DNA from: Tubulanus polymorphus
Taxonomy: Eukaryota; Animalia; Nemertea
Length of the DNA stretch: 64,000 bases
Reading direction: 5' to 3'
Assembly (NCBI RefSeq): GCF_964204645.1
Contig: NW_027437464.1
Location: 1 to 64,000, forward strand
Both the position numbers and the translations under genes were made by a program. Of the stretch, positions 14,026 through 27,815 are shown piece after piece (position 1 is the first letter of the stretch; each line of letters opens with the position of its first letter). The notes beneath the pieces are model-generated. The model ran no database searches and was not told where the DNA came from. It saw nothing but the letters and a program-made list of their open reading frames with translations.

Positions 14026-14250
14026 TCAAATCGATATTTGGGTAAAGCCTGTGAATTTAACACAAACACTTGGATTATACATCATTATAAGTTTATTTGG
14101 AATCTTTCTCTTTTTTATAATTTTCTTTGTCAGCATTTTAGTGGCTTCGTCCAAAAGTTCACGATTAGGCATTCTGTTGGAACGAATGCAAGATCGTATG
14201 AAATATTTTATCTTCATCCGATGACCAGCGCCTTCGTGTTTTCATTCTGC
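14026..14250 (-). pseudogene. Frameshifted terminal exon encoding a SANT/Myb-like domain
   Basis: Acceptor ttctttcttttaatag precedes RMKTRRRWSSDEDKIF / YFIRSCIRSNRMPNRELLDEATKML...KIPNKL. Confidence 0.5.
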
Positions 14251-14989
14251 CTATTAAAAGAAAGAAAATTCATTTATTTCTATATTTGGTTTAGGTTAAA
14301 AAATGATACTTTGTTTCTCTGCAGCTGCCGGGAAATAGTGTAAATTCCAATAAAATTTGTAATCAGTTCATTTCTATAGCTGCAGGGTCTATAATTGTAT
14401 GCCTGATAGTGATTAGAAAAATAATGTACTGGGTAGATAGGCTGCAGGGTAAATTAACTTTAAGCTAGGTAGAGCGGAGAAACAAGGTATCATTTTTTCC
14501 CTTAATTGACCAATTTGAATACATGACCCGTCAAATTATATAAAACATACGTGCACAGTCAAAGTGGGAGGCACTACTTGTTCAGGTACTTGAGCTATTT
14601 AAATTAACCTTTTTGAAAGTAAGCTACCTGGGTAGGGATATCAAAATTGTGACATTGAAACTCGGGAAGTGCACTATTATATTGTATGTATATTAAACAT
14701 CGCCTCAGCCTGGCAGCATATCGAAAAAGGTATGACCTTTAAACTTTATATATTCTTTATGATATACTAGTAAAACTAAACTGCTTTCAAATGTTATTAC
14801 GGTTAATTTCAACCATTGATATTTAGCACTGCTTGGTGGCCATGATGAATAATGCATCCCTGTAAAACTTGATGTACATGTTCATAGGGACATAATCTGC
14901 AACTTTGCACTACATCATAATATTGAATTTCGACCCGAGAATAATCTGAAGAATATGTATTGGTTATGTTTTAAATTACAATTGCTCAT

Positions 14990-17900
14990 GTGACCTTGAA
15001 ACTCAGGACGGCCATATTGCATCCGATTGACCCAAAATCTCTCTCATGCTGACGCACCCTTCAGGAATGCAATCTGATAGATCAAGCAGAGTGTCCTCAA
15101 TATTTCCCTTGAAAACTTCAAAAATAAGTAAAAAATGCTGATTTCAGCAAACAAAAAATGGCCGCCAGTCAACCATGTTGATTCTGACTAAGCTAGTATT
15201 TTGTAAAAAAGTGTATCTAGGGTAGATACATGTATATAAATAAATTATATCAATTGCATTAATATATTTTTATAAATGATATAGGGCCTATTACATTTTA
15301 TAGATTATAGATTATAGATTGTACCTATCTATTGGGTCAATCAAACAGATGGTTTCCTCTGTAATAACTAATACATTCCACATGATAGTTTGTACCGACC
15401 TGTTGGGCCCTAATAATACAAAATAATCCATATGATAGATTTGACCAGACCAATCTAACTTTGGGTTTACTGTGTTATAAATACATTCTATCATAGATTT
15501 CCCTCAAACGGGGCATGTGAAAAATAATATATATTCAGTATGAATATAGACTTTAACAAACATATTGGGTCCCTCAAGGTGATTAGTAAGTACTTGGTGA
15601 AATACCTGACAATCTGCAAATGTCAAGAATTACCATTACGATAGAGCATTTCATGCACTGGCACAACTTGCAATTTCTTGTGGTAATAACGTCACATTTT
15701 TTGGTACAAAAAGGTCACAGGACGGCCATCTTGTATCCGATTTTCCCAAAATCTCTCTCATGCTGACGCACCCTTCAGGAATACAATCTGATAGATCAAG
15801 TAGAGTGTCCTCAAAATTTTTCATGAAAACTTCAAAAATAAGTAAACTAGCAGTCCAGTGACACCATGCCAGGTAGTTTCAAATGCTCAACAATCTAACA
15901 ATTTCAATATTCAGCGCCCCTGGTAACCAGATACAAAAACCAATGACCCTGAAACTCACCACAATCAATTAGAATAAGTCAACAGCTACGATTTTGTAAT
16001 TGATTGTGATAACAAAATATGCCTCGTTACCGATTTAATATGGAAATACTAAGTTATTCTACTATTCAATGCCCCCTGGTGACCATATGCAAAACCCAAT
16101 GACCTCGAAACTCACCACAATCAAAGAACATGTCATGAACTACAACTTTGCAATTGATCATGGTAACAAAATATGCCTAGATACCAATCTATAAGGAAAT
16201 ACTAAGTTATTCTACTATTCAACGCGCCTGGTGACCATATATAATAACTCATGTCCTTAAAACTCACCACATACATAGACGATGTCATGAGCTATAACTT
16301 TGCAATTAATTGTGGTAACAAAATATGCATAGGTACAGACATAATATAGAAATACTAAGTTATTGTATTATTTAACGCCCCCTGGTGACCATATACAAAA
16401 ACCGATGACCTTGAAGCTAACCAAAATCATAGAACACCTTATGAGCTACAACTTTCAATAGATTGTGGTAATACAATATGTTTAGGTATCAATATAATGT
16501 CGAAAATGGAAAATTTTGATAATTAAGGGATAGGAGCACCCTTAATACGACCAGTCAAACTGCGCAGTATTAATAAACCATCGTTTTTATATCCACTTTA
16601 CACTGTATTGAAGGATTGCCAAAAAGTTTTCATTTTCGCATGTTGAAATGAGAAAAAATAAGCCATTTTTGAAATTCTAACAATATGCGTCCTGAGTTTC
16701 CATACCTACGAACCATTGATTTTTGATGATTTGATTATAATTTCAAATGGTAGGCGCGGAAACATATTGTTAAAATTGATTTACGGTCAACCCCCAATAT
16801 AACAGTTTCACTGGTAGTATGAAGATCAAATTCAGGTATGTGTTCAAAAGTTTTAGAGAAATATCCCAAAAAAATTGACTTTCGTTCCCTAGTGGGCTAA
16901 AAAGGTATGAAATAACTAAACTGATTTACCATCAGTTGCGGAAAGTTGACTCATATCTACCATAAGACTCTCTCTATGTGATTCAACTGCGGATTGATTG
17001 GAATCTTTCACACCAATTGTATCGAACTTGGTGGTCCATTTTCCTGTGAAAATTAAAAATATGAACATGCATAAGCAATTGAGTAGTGGTTGAAATTGAG
17101 ACCAAAATTGATATTTTTTGGGTACGAAAAAAGGTCACAGGACGGCCATCTTGCGTCCGATTGACCAAAAATTTCTCTCATGCCGATGCACCCTTCGGGT
17201 ATACAATCTGATAGATCAAGGTAATTGATCAGAGTCTTCAAAATTCCCTTGAAAACTTCAACTAGGGGTCCAGGGACACCATGCCCACTTGGGAAGTGGT
17301 TCCAAATGCTCAACAATCTAACAATTTCAATATTCAACGCCCCCTGGCAACCATATACAAAAACCAATGACCTTGAAACTCACCACAATCATAGAACATG
17401 TCAGCAGCTACGATTTTGTAATTGATTGTGATAACAAAATATGCCTCGTTACCAATTTGATATGGAAATACTAAGTTATTCTACTATTCAACGCCCCCTG
17501 GAGACCATATTCAAAACCCAATGACATCAAAACTTACCACAATCATAGAACATGTCATGAACTACAACTTTGCAATTGATCATGGTAACAAAATATGCCT
17601 AGGTACCAATATAATAAGGAAATACTTAGTTATTCTACTATTCAACGCGCCCTGGTGACCATATAGAAAAACTAATGTCCTTAAAACTCACAACAATCAT
17701 AGATGATGTCATGAGCTACAACTTTCCAATTGATTGTGGTTACAAAATATACATAGGTACAAATATAATAAAGAAATGCTAAGATATTGTATTATTCAAC
17801 GCCCCCTGGTGGCCATAACAAAATCTAATTACCTTGCAACACACCATAATCATAGAACATGTTATGAGCTACAACTTTCTAATTGAATGTGGTACCAAAA

Positions 17901-20900
17901 TACGCTTAGGTATCAATATAATGTGGAAAAACTTTTTCCCATTTACGAATGAGTACTGGTGAGACCAAGATGGCCGCCAATTGCGTCATAATTGGCTGAT
18001 GAAAAATACCTGTCTCAGGTATAAAACATCCCTTTCCAAAGAATACCCATCACAAATTGCAATGAGAAATGGCAAACCAGTAGGAAGCTACAGGACTCAG
18101 AATTCGGGCAAAAATTAACATTTTTGGGCACTAAAAAGGTCATAGGACGGCCATCTCGAGTCCGACCGACCCAATTTTTGTTATGTTGATGGGCCCTGGG
18201 GGGATTCACATATATCCGAAAGATCAAGGTAATTGATCGAAGCGTCTTCAAAATTTCTCTCAAAAAGATCAAAAATGTGTAAAAAGTGCTGATTTTGGCG
18301 AACAACAATGGCTGCCAGTCGGCCATCTTGATTCTGACAGGGCCAGTTTTTGGGCTGAAGATGTGTCTAGGGTAGATACATGTGTATCCCAAATATCAAG
18401 ACGTTACCTTGAAGCGTCTTCAAAACTTCCCAAAATAACTGGATTCCGTCTACAGACGGACGGACAGACGACGGACGAAAAGTGAACGCAATAGCCCGCT
18501 GGGACTTAAGTCCCAAGTGGGCTAAAAATGAGTAAGAAAGTGCTGATTTCAGCAAACAGAAATGGCCACCAGTCAACCATGTTAATTCTGACCAAGCTCA
18601 GTTTTTGGGCAGAAGATGTATCTAGGGTAGATACATGTATATAAATACATTAAATCAATTACATTAATATATTTCTATAAATGATAATGGGCCTATTACA
18701 TTTTATAGATTGTACCTATCTATTGGGTCCATCAAACAGCTGGTTGCCTGTGTAATAACTAATACATTGCACATGATAGATTGTACCGACCTATTGGGTC
18801 CTTTGTCTTATAGTACATAATAATCCACATGATAGATTTTACCAGACCAATCTAACTGTGGGTTTTCTGTGTTAAAACAATACATTCTATAATAGATTTC
18901 CCTCAATTCGGGGATTCCTATGTGATGAATAATATACATTAATATACATTAATGTTTTGAACACATACGTCTAATTGGTTTTAATACGACCAGTGAAACC
19001 GTGCAGTTTTAATAAACCATTGTTTTTATATCCATTTTACGCTGTATTGAAGGATTGCCAAAAAGTTTTCATTTTCGCATGTTGAAATGAGAAAAAATAA
19101 GCCATTTTTGAAATTCTAACAATATGCGTCCTGAGTTTCCATGCCTACGAACCATTGATTTTTGATGATTTGATTATAATTTCAAATGGTAAGCACGGAA
19201 ACATATTGTTAAAATTGATTTACAGTCAACCCCCAATATAACAGTTTCACTGGTAGTATGAAGCTAAATTCAGGTAGGCCTACAATGTGTTCAAAAGTTT
19301 TAGAGAAATATCCCAAATAATCGACTTTCGGTCTAAAGTCCCTAGTGGGCTAAAAAGGTATGAAATAACTAAACTGATTTACCATCAGTTGCGGAAAGTT
19401 GACTCGTATCTGTCATAAGACTCTCTCTATATGATTCAACTGCGGATTGATTGGAATCTTTCACACCAATTGTATCGAACTCTGTGGTCCATCTTCCTGT
19501 GAAAATTAAAAATATGAACATGCATAAGCAATTGAGTAGTGGTTGAAATTGAGACAAAAATTGACATTTTTTGGGTACGAAAAAAGGTCACAGGACGGCC
19601 ATCTTGCGTCCGATTGACCCAAAATTTCTCTCATGCCGATGCACCCTTCGGGTATAGAATCTGATAGATCAAGGTAATTAATCAGAATCTTCAAAATTCC
19701 CTTGAAAACTTCAAAAATGAGTAAGAAAGTGCTGATTTCAGCGAACAAAAATGGCAACTAGTCAACCATGTTGATTCTGACCAAGCTCAGTTTTTGGGCA
19801 GAAGATGTATCTAGGGTAGATACATGTATATAAATACATTAAATCAATTACATTAATATATTTCTATAAATGATAATGGGCCTATTACATTTTATAGATT
19901 GTACCTATCTATTGGGTCCATCAAACAGCTGGTTTCCTGTGTAATAACTAATACATTCCACATGATAGATTGTACCGACCAATTGGGTCCTTTGTCTTAT
20001 AGTACATAATAATCCATATGATAGATTTTACCAGACCAATCTAACTGTGGGTTTCCTGTGTTATAATAATACATTCTGTCATAGATTTCCCTCAAACTGG
20101 GGGATTCCTATGTGATAAATATTTTATATTAAGCATGATAGACTTTAACAAACATAATGGGTCCTTCAAGGTGATTAGTTAGTACTTGGTGAAATACTGA
20201 ACAATCTGGAAATGTCAAGAATCACCATTACCATAGGGCATTTCATGCACTGGCACAACATGCAATTGTTTGTGGTAATAACGTCATATGTCTAGGTACT
20301 AATATACTGTAGTACCATATTCTTCGGCTAATTTACGCCACCGGTGAACATAAACAATGCCTAGAAACTCACCACAATCTTAGGGCAATTCATGTTAGAG
20401 CAAGTCATGAGGCCAAGTTATTTACTGCGAATGAGAGAAATTGAGATAAATGATCGAAGCGTTTTTTAATATTTCCCATGAAAACTTGAACTAGGGGTCC
20501 AGGGACACCATGCCCACTTGAGAAATGTTTCCGTATGCTCAACAATCTAACAATTTCAATATTCAACGCCCCCTGGTGACCATATACAAAAACCAATGGC
20601 CTTGAAACTCACCACAATCATGGTACATGTCAGGAGGAATGATTTCATGGATTGTGATGACAAAATATGCCTCGTTACCAATTTAATATGGAAATACTAG
20701 ATCATAGAACATGTCATGAACTAAAACTTTCTAATTGATCATGGTAACAAAATAAGCCTAGGTACCAATATAAGGAAATACTAAGTTATTCTACTATTCA
20801 ATGCCTCTTGGTGACCATATAGAATAACTAATGTCCTTAAAACTTGCCACAATCATAGACAATGTCATGAGCTACAACTTTGCAATTGATTGTGGTTACA

Positions 20901-23900
20901 AAATATGCATTGATACGAATATAATATGGAAAGATATTGTATTATTCAATGCACACTGGGCCATATACAAAACCAATGACCTTGAAACTCACCACAATCA
21001 TAGATCATGTTATGAGCTACAACTTTCTTATTGATTGTGGTAACAAAATACGCCTAGGTATCAATATAATGTGGAAAATTTTTTTCCCACCTAGGAATGA
21101 GTACTGATGACACCAAGATGGCCGCCAATTGCGTCATAATTGGCTGATCAAAAATACCTGTCTCAGGTATAAAACATCCCTTTCTTAAGAATACCCATCA
21201 CAAATTGCAATGAGAAATGGCAAACAAGTAGGAAGCTACAGGACTCGGAATTCAGGCCAAAATTGACATTTTTTGGCATTAAAAAAGGTCATAGGATGGC
21301 CATCTTGAGTTCGATCGACCCAATTTTTGTTATGCTGATGGGCCCTGGGGGGATGCACATACATCCGAAAGATCAAAAAGTTCCCTCAAAAAGTTAAAAA
21401 ATGTGTAAAAAGTGTTGATTTTGGCGAACATCAATGGCTGCCAGTCGGCCATCTTGATTCTGACAGGGCCAGTTTTGGGGCTGAAGATGTGTCTAGGGTA
21501 GATACATGTGTAACCTAAATATCAAGACATTACATTGAAGCGTCTTCAAAACTTCCCAAAATAACTGGATTCCGTCTACGGACGGACGTACGCTATGACG
21601 GACAATGGACGAAAAGTGAACGCAATAGCCCACTGGGACTAAAGTCCCAAGTGGGCTAAAAAGGTTCAAACAATGTCTAAAAGTGCTGATTTCAAAATGT
21701 ATCAGAATAACTGGATTCTGTCAAGCTCGGGACAATGACACAAAGCGGATGCGATAACCCGCTTAAGTCCATTTCATGTGGCTAAAAAGGTATGAAATAA
21801 CTAAACTGATTTACCATCGGTTGTGGAAAGTCGACTCATATCTGTCATAAGACTCTCTCTATGTGATTCAACTGCAGATTGATTGGCATCTTTCACACCA
21901 ATTTGTATCGAACTCGGTGGTCCATCTTCCTGTAAAAATCAAAAATATGAACATGCATAAGCAATTGAGTAGTGGTTGAAATTGAGACCAAAATTGACAT
22001 TTTTTGGGTACGATAAAAGGTCACAGGACGGCCATCTTGCATCCGATTGACCCAAAATTACTCTCATGCCGATGCACCCTTCGGGTATACAATCTGATAG
22101 ATCAAGGTAATTGATCAGAATCTTCAAAATTCCCTTGAAAACTTCAAAAATGAGTAAGAAAGTGCTGATTTCAGCGAACAAAAAAGGCCACCAGTCAACC
22201 ATGTTGATTCTGACCAAGCTCAGTTTTTGGGCAGAAGATGTATCTAGGGTAGATGCATGTATATAAATACATTAAATCAATTAAATTAATATATTTCTAT
22301 GAATGATATAGGGCCCATTACATTTTATAGATTGAACCAATCTATTGGGTCCATGAAACAGCTGGTTTCCTGTGTAATAACTAATACATTCCACATGATA
22401 GATTGTACCGACCTATTGGGTCATTTGTCTTATAGTACATAATAATCCATATGATAGATTTTACCAGACCAATCTAACTGTGGGTTTCCTGTGTTATAAT
22501 AATACATTCTGTCATAGATTTCCCTCAAACTGGGGGATTCCTATGTGATAAATATTTTATATTCAGCATGATAGACTTTAACAAACATAATGGGTCCTTC
22601 AAGGTGATTAGTTAGTACTTGGTGAAATACTGAACAATCTGGAAATGTCAAGAATCACCATTACCATAGGGCATTTCATGCACTGGCACAACATGCAATT
22701 GTTTGTGGTAACAACGTCATATGTCTAGGTACTAATATACTGTAGTACCATATTCTTCGGCTAATTTACGCCACCGGTGAACATAAACAATGCCTAGAAA
22801 CTCACCACAATCTTAGGGCAATTCATGTTAGAGCAAGTCATGAGGCCAAGTTATTTACTGCGAATGAGAGAAATTGAGATAAATGATCGAAGCGTTTTCA
22901 ATATTTCCCATGAAAACTTGAACTAGGGGTCCAGGGACACCATGCCCACTTGAGAAATGTTTCCGTATGCTCAACAATCTAACAATTTCAATATTCAACG
23001 CCCCCTGGTGACCATATACAAAAACCAATGGCCTTGAAACTCACCACAATCATGGTACATGTCAGGAGGAATGATTTCATGGATTGTGATGACAAAATAT
23101 GCCTTGTTACCAATTTAATATGGAAATACTAGATCATAGAACATGTCATGAACTAAAACTTTCTAATTGATCATGGTAACAAAATAAGCCTAGGTACCAA
23201 TATAAGGAAATACTAAGTTATTCTACTATTCAATGCCTCTTGGTGACCATATAGAATAACTAATGTCCTTAAAACTTGCCACAATCATAGACAATGTCAT
23301 GAGCTACAACTTTGCAATTGATTGTGGTTACAAAATATGCATTGATACGAATATAATATGGAAAGATATTGTATTATTCAATGCACACTGGGCCATATAC
23401 AAAACCAATGACCTTGAAACTCACCACAATCATAGATCATGTTATGAGCTACAACTTTCTTATTGATTGTGGTAACAAAATACGCCTAGGTATCAATATA
23501 ATGTGGAAAATTTTTTTCCCACCTAGGAATGAGTACTGATGACACCAAGATGGCCGCCAATTGCGTCATAATTGGCTGATCAAAAATACCTGTCTCAGGT
23601 ATAAAACATCCCTTTCTTAAGAATACCCATCACAAATTGCAATGAGAAATCTTTCACACCAATTTGTATCGAACTCGGTGGTCCATCTTCCTGTAAAAAT
23701 CAAAAATATGAACATGCATAAGCAATTGAGTAGTGGTTGAAATTGAGACCAAAATTGACATTTTTTGGGTACGATAAAAGGTCACAGGACGGCCATCTTG
23801 CATCCGATTGACCCAAAATTACTCTCATGCCGATGCACCCTTCGGGTATACAATCTGATAGATCAAGGTAATTGATCAGAATCTTCAAAATTCCCTTGAA

Positions 23901-26900
23901 AACTTCAAAAATGAGTAAGAAAGTGCTGATTTCAGCGAACAAAAAAGGCCACCAGTCAACCATGTTGATTCTGACCAAGCTCAGTTTTTGGGCAGAAGAT
24001 GTATCTAGGGTAGATGCATGTATATAAATACATTAAATCAATTAAATTAATATATTTCTATGAATGATATAGGGCCCATTACATTTTATAGATTGAACCA
24101 ATCTATTGGGTCCATGAAACAGCTGGTTTCCTGTGTAATAACTAATACATTCCACATGATAGATTGTACCGACCTATTGGGTCATTTGTCTTATAGTACA
24201 TAATAATCCATATGATAGATTTTACCATCAGACCAATCTAACTCTGGGTTTCCTGTGTTATAACAATACATTCTATCATAGATTTCCCTCAATTCGGGGA
24301 TTCCTATGTGATGAATAATATACATTAATAGGCCTATACATTAATGTTTTGAACACATACGCCTAATTGGTTTTAATACGACCAGTGAAACTGTGCAGTT
24401 TTAATAAACCATTGTTTTTATATCCATTTTACGCTGTATTGAAAGATTGCCAAAAAGTTTTCATTTTCGCATGTTGAAATGAGAAACTAGGGGTCCAGGG
24501 ACACCATGCCCACTTGGGAAATGGTTTCAAATGCTCAACAATCTAACAATTTCAATATTCAACGCCCCCTGGTGACCATTTACAAAAACCAACGACCTTG
24601 AAACTCACCAAAATCATAGAACATGTCAGCAGCTACGATTTTGTAATTGATTGTGATAACAAAATATGCCTCGTTACCAATTTAGTATGGAAATACTAAG
24701 TCATTCTACTATTCAACGCCCCCTGGTGACCATATTCAAAACCCAATGACCTCGAAACTCACCACAATCATAGAACATGTCATGAACTACAACTTTGCAA
24801 TTGATCATGGTAACAAAATATGCCTAGGAGCGAACTCTTTTATCAGATCGGAGAATCCGTTTGCCGCCAATCGTACTCTTTTATTGGTCACGTGACTTTT
24901 TGGAGTCTCCGAAACCTCCTTTCTGTCGAGGTGGTGTGATTCGGATTTTGTGTGGAGCCAACCGGAGATTTCGGACGGAGACTTCGGAGGTCATAAAAGA
25001 GTACGCCCTTGGTACCAATATAATAAGGAAATACTAAGTTATTCTACTATTCAACGCCCCCTGGTGACCATATAGAAAAACTAATGTCCTTAAAACTCAC
25101 AACAATCATAGATGATGTCATGAGCTACAACTTTCCAATTGATTGTGGTTACAAAATATGCATAGGTACGAATATAATAAAGAAATGCTAAGATATTGTA
25201 TTATTCAACGCCCCCTGGTGGCCATATACGAAATCCAATTACCTTGAAACTCACCACAATCATAGAACACGTTATGAGCTACAACTTTCTAATTGATTGT
25301 GGTAGCAAAATACGCTTAGGTATCAATATAATGTGGAAAAACTTTTTCCCACTTACGAATGAGTACTGGTGACACCAAGATGGCCGCCAATTGTGTCATA
25401 ATTGGCTGATGAAAAATACCTGTCTGAGGTATAAAACATCCCTTTCCAAAGAATACCCATCACAAATTGCATTGAGAAATGGTAAACCAGTAGGAAGCTA
25501 CAGGACTCAGAATTCGGGCAAAAATTAACATTTTTGGGCACTAAAAAGGTCATAGGACGGCCATCTTGAGTCCGACCGACCCAATTTTTGTTTCGTTGAT
25601 GGGCCCTGGGGGGATTCATATATATCCGAAAGATCAAGGTAATTGATCGAAGCGTCTTCAAAATTTCCCTCAAAAAGTTCAAAAATGTGTAAAAAGTGCT
25701 GATTTTGGCGAACAACAATGGCTGCCAGTCAGCCATCTTGATTCTGACAGGGTCAGTTTTTGGGCTGAAGATGTGTCTAGGGTAGATACACGTGTAACCT
25801 AAATATCAAGACGTTACCTTGAAGCGTCTTCAAAACTTACTGGATTCCATCTACGGACGGACGGACGAAAAGTGAACGCAATAGCCCGCTGGGACTCCCA
25901 AGTAGGCTAAAAATAAGCCATTTTTGAAATTCTAACAATATGCGTCCTGAGTTTCCATGCCTACGAACCATTGATTTTTGATGATTTGATTATAATTTCA
26001 AATGGTAGGCACGGAAACATATTGTTAAAATTGATTTACAGTCAACCCACAATATACCAGTTTCACTGGTAGTACGATGATCAAATTCAGGTAGGCCTAC
26101 AGTATGTGTTCAAAAGTTTTAGAGAAATATCCCAAATAATCGACTTTCGGTCTAAAGTCCCTAGTGGGCTAAAAAGGTATGAAATAACTAAACTGATTTA
26201 CCATCGGTCTCGGAAAGTTGACTCGTATCTACCATAAGACTCTCTCTATGTGATTCAACTGCGGATTGATTGGAATCTTCCACACCAATTGTATCGAACT
26301 CGGTGGTCCATTTTCCTGCGAAAATTAAAAATATGAACATGCATAAGCAATTGAGTAGTGGTTGAAATTGAGACAAAAATTGATATTTTTTGGGTACGAA
26401 AAAAGGTCACAGGATGGCCATCTTGCATCCGATTGACCCAAAATGTCTCTCATGCTGATGGAACCTTCGAGTACACGATCTGATAGATCAAGGTAATTCG
26501 ATCAGTGTCTTCAAAATTCCCTTGAAAACTTCAAAAATGAGTAGGAAAGTGCTGATTTCAGCGAACAAAAATGGCCACCAGTCAACCATGTTGATTCTGA
26601 CCAAGCTCAGTTTTTGGGTACAAGATGTATCTAGGGTAGATACATGTATATAAATACATTAAATCAATTACATTAATATATTTCTATAAATGATAATGGG
26701 CCTATTACATTTTATAGATTGTACCTATCTATTGGGTCGATCAAACAGCTGGTTTCCTGTGTAATAACTAATACATTGCACATGATAGATTGTACCGACC
26801 TATTGGGTCCTTTGTCTTATAGTACATAATAATCCATATGATAGATTTTACCAGACCAATCTAACTGTGGGTTTGCTGTGTAATAACAATACATTCTATC

Positions 26901-27253
26901 ATAGATTTCCCTCAATTCGGGGATTCCTAGGTGATGAATTATATACATTCAGTATGATAGACTTTAACAAACATTGGGCCTAATGGGTCCTTTTAGGTGA
27001 TTAGTTAGTACTTGGTGGAAATGTCAATGTCAATCTGTCATGTTGACTCATCTGTCATGTCTCTCCATGTGGTTAACCTGTGGATTGATTGGAATCTTCT
27101 GCACGACTCGTACCGAACGCGGTGGTCCATCTTCCTATGAAAATAAAAAATATGAACATGCATAAGCAATTGAGTAGTAGGCCTAGTTGAAATTGAGGCC
27201 AAAATTGACATTTTTTTGGTACAAAATAGGAAACAGAACGGCCATCTTGCATC
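14990..27253 (-). repeat. Higher-order tandem array of Helentron/HINE-derived modules (copy 1)
   Basis: Repeated HINE-like ends on the minus strand (TTTTTAGCCCACTTGGGAC...GTCCCAGCGGGCTA hairpin plus GTCC/GTCT microsatellite) near 18450-18527, 21575-21662 and 25850-25912. Central monomers of about 153 bp. Higher-order periods 2432 and 1761 bp. Confidence 0.85.
24828..25008 (+). mobile_element. 181-bp PIF/Harbinger-like MITE
   Basis: TIRs G(G/A)GCGWACTCTTTTAT. It interrupts gcctag|gtacc of a 153-bp monomer with a 3-bp duplication (tag/ttg). Sister monomers show the empty site. Confidence 0.85.
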
Positions 27254-27278
27254 TGAAAACATTCGGTTGGTTTTCACG

Positions 27279-27349
27279 AGCTCGGTGATCTAGTGGGATG
27301 ACGCTGCGCTAGTAATTTACTTGCCCGGGTTTGAGTCTCGCTCTAGCCG
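27279..27349 (+). pseudogene. tRNA-derived sequence with degenerate Pol III A and B boxes
   Basis: A-box-like TGATCTAGTGG and B-box-like GGGTTTGAGTCTC at tRNA spacing. The anticodon arm does not pair. Confidence 0.6.
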
Positions 27350-27815
27350 CTCTATTTTCTCTACACTTTCCTTGAATTTTCTAAGTTGCGCACCTCTGTG
27401 CGCATGTGCGGCGTAAATCAGCCAATCAGCGACAATGTACGTTAAATAGCGGAACTAAATGTCGCAGCCGAAACACTCCAATCCCTCTTAGGGGACCGGC
27501 GGCTGCTGTTCAGGGTCGTTCTGCTTTTGCCCGGAACTTGTTGCCAAGACGTCCCCTTCTACTTCCACTCTCTGTAACAGTAAAACGGTCAATGTCGGTC
27601 GATGTCGGTCCTCGCGTTGAGAACGGACAACAGTGCTTAATTCAGTGAACTCCCTACACAAACGTTATCGGTCGTTGTCGGCCCTCGTGTTGAGGACACT
27701 AGACTCGTCTTTCCCACGCGAACAATGTCGAGAGACGTCGGTTCCCGCGTTGAGAACCGAACGGCGGCATTCTCTTAAGCGAACGTGAACGGTAGACACG
27801 TCTCTATCGCACAAA

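Noticed and set aside
16983-27277. Recurrent short ORFs (MVRINMVDW..., MSLKLAT..., MGYTCIYP...)
   Set aside because: They recur only because the non-coding array is repeated; frames break between copies.
27279-27349. Functional tRNA gene
   Set aside because: The B box is mutated (GTTTGA) and the anticodon stem does not pair.
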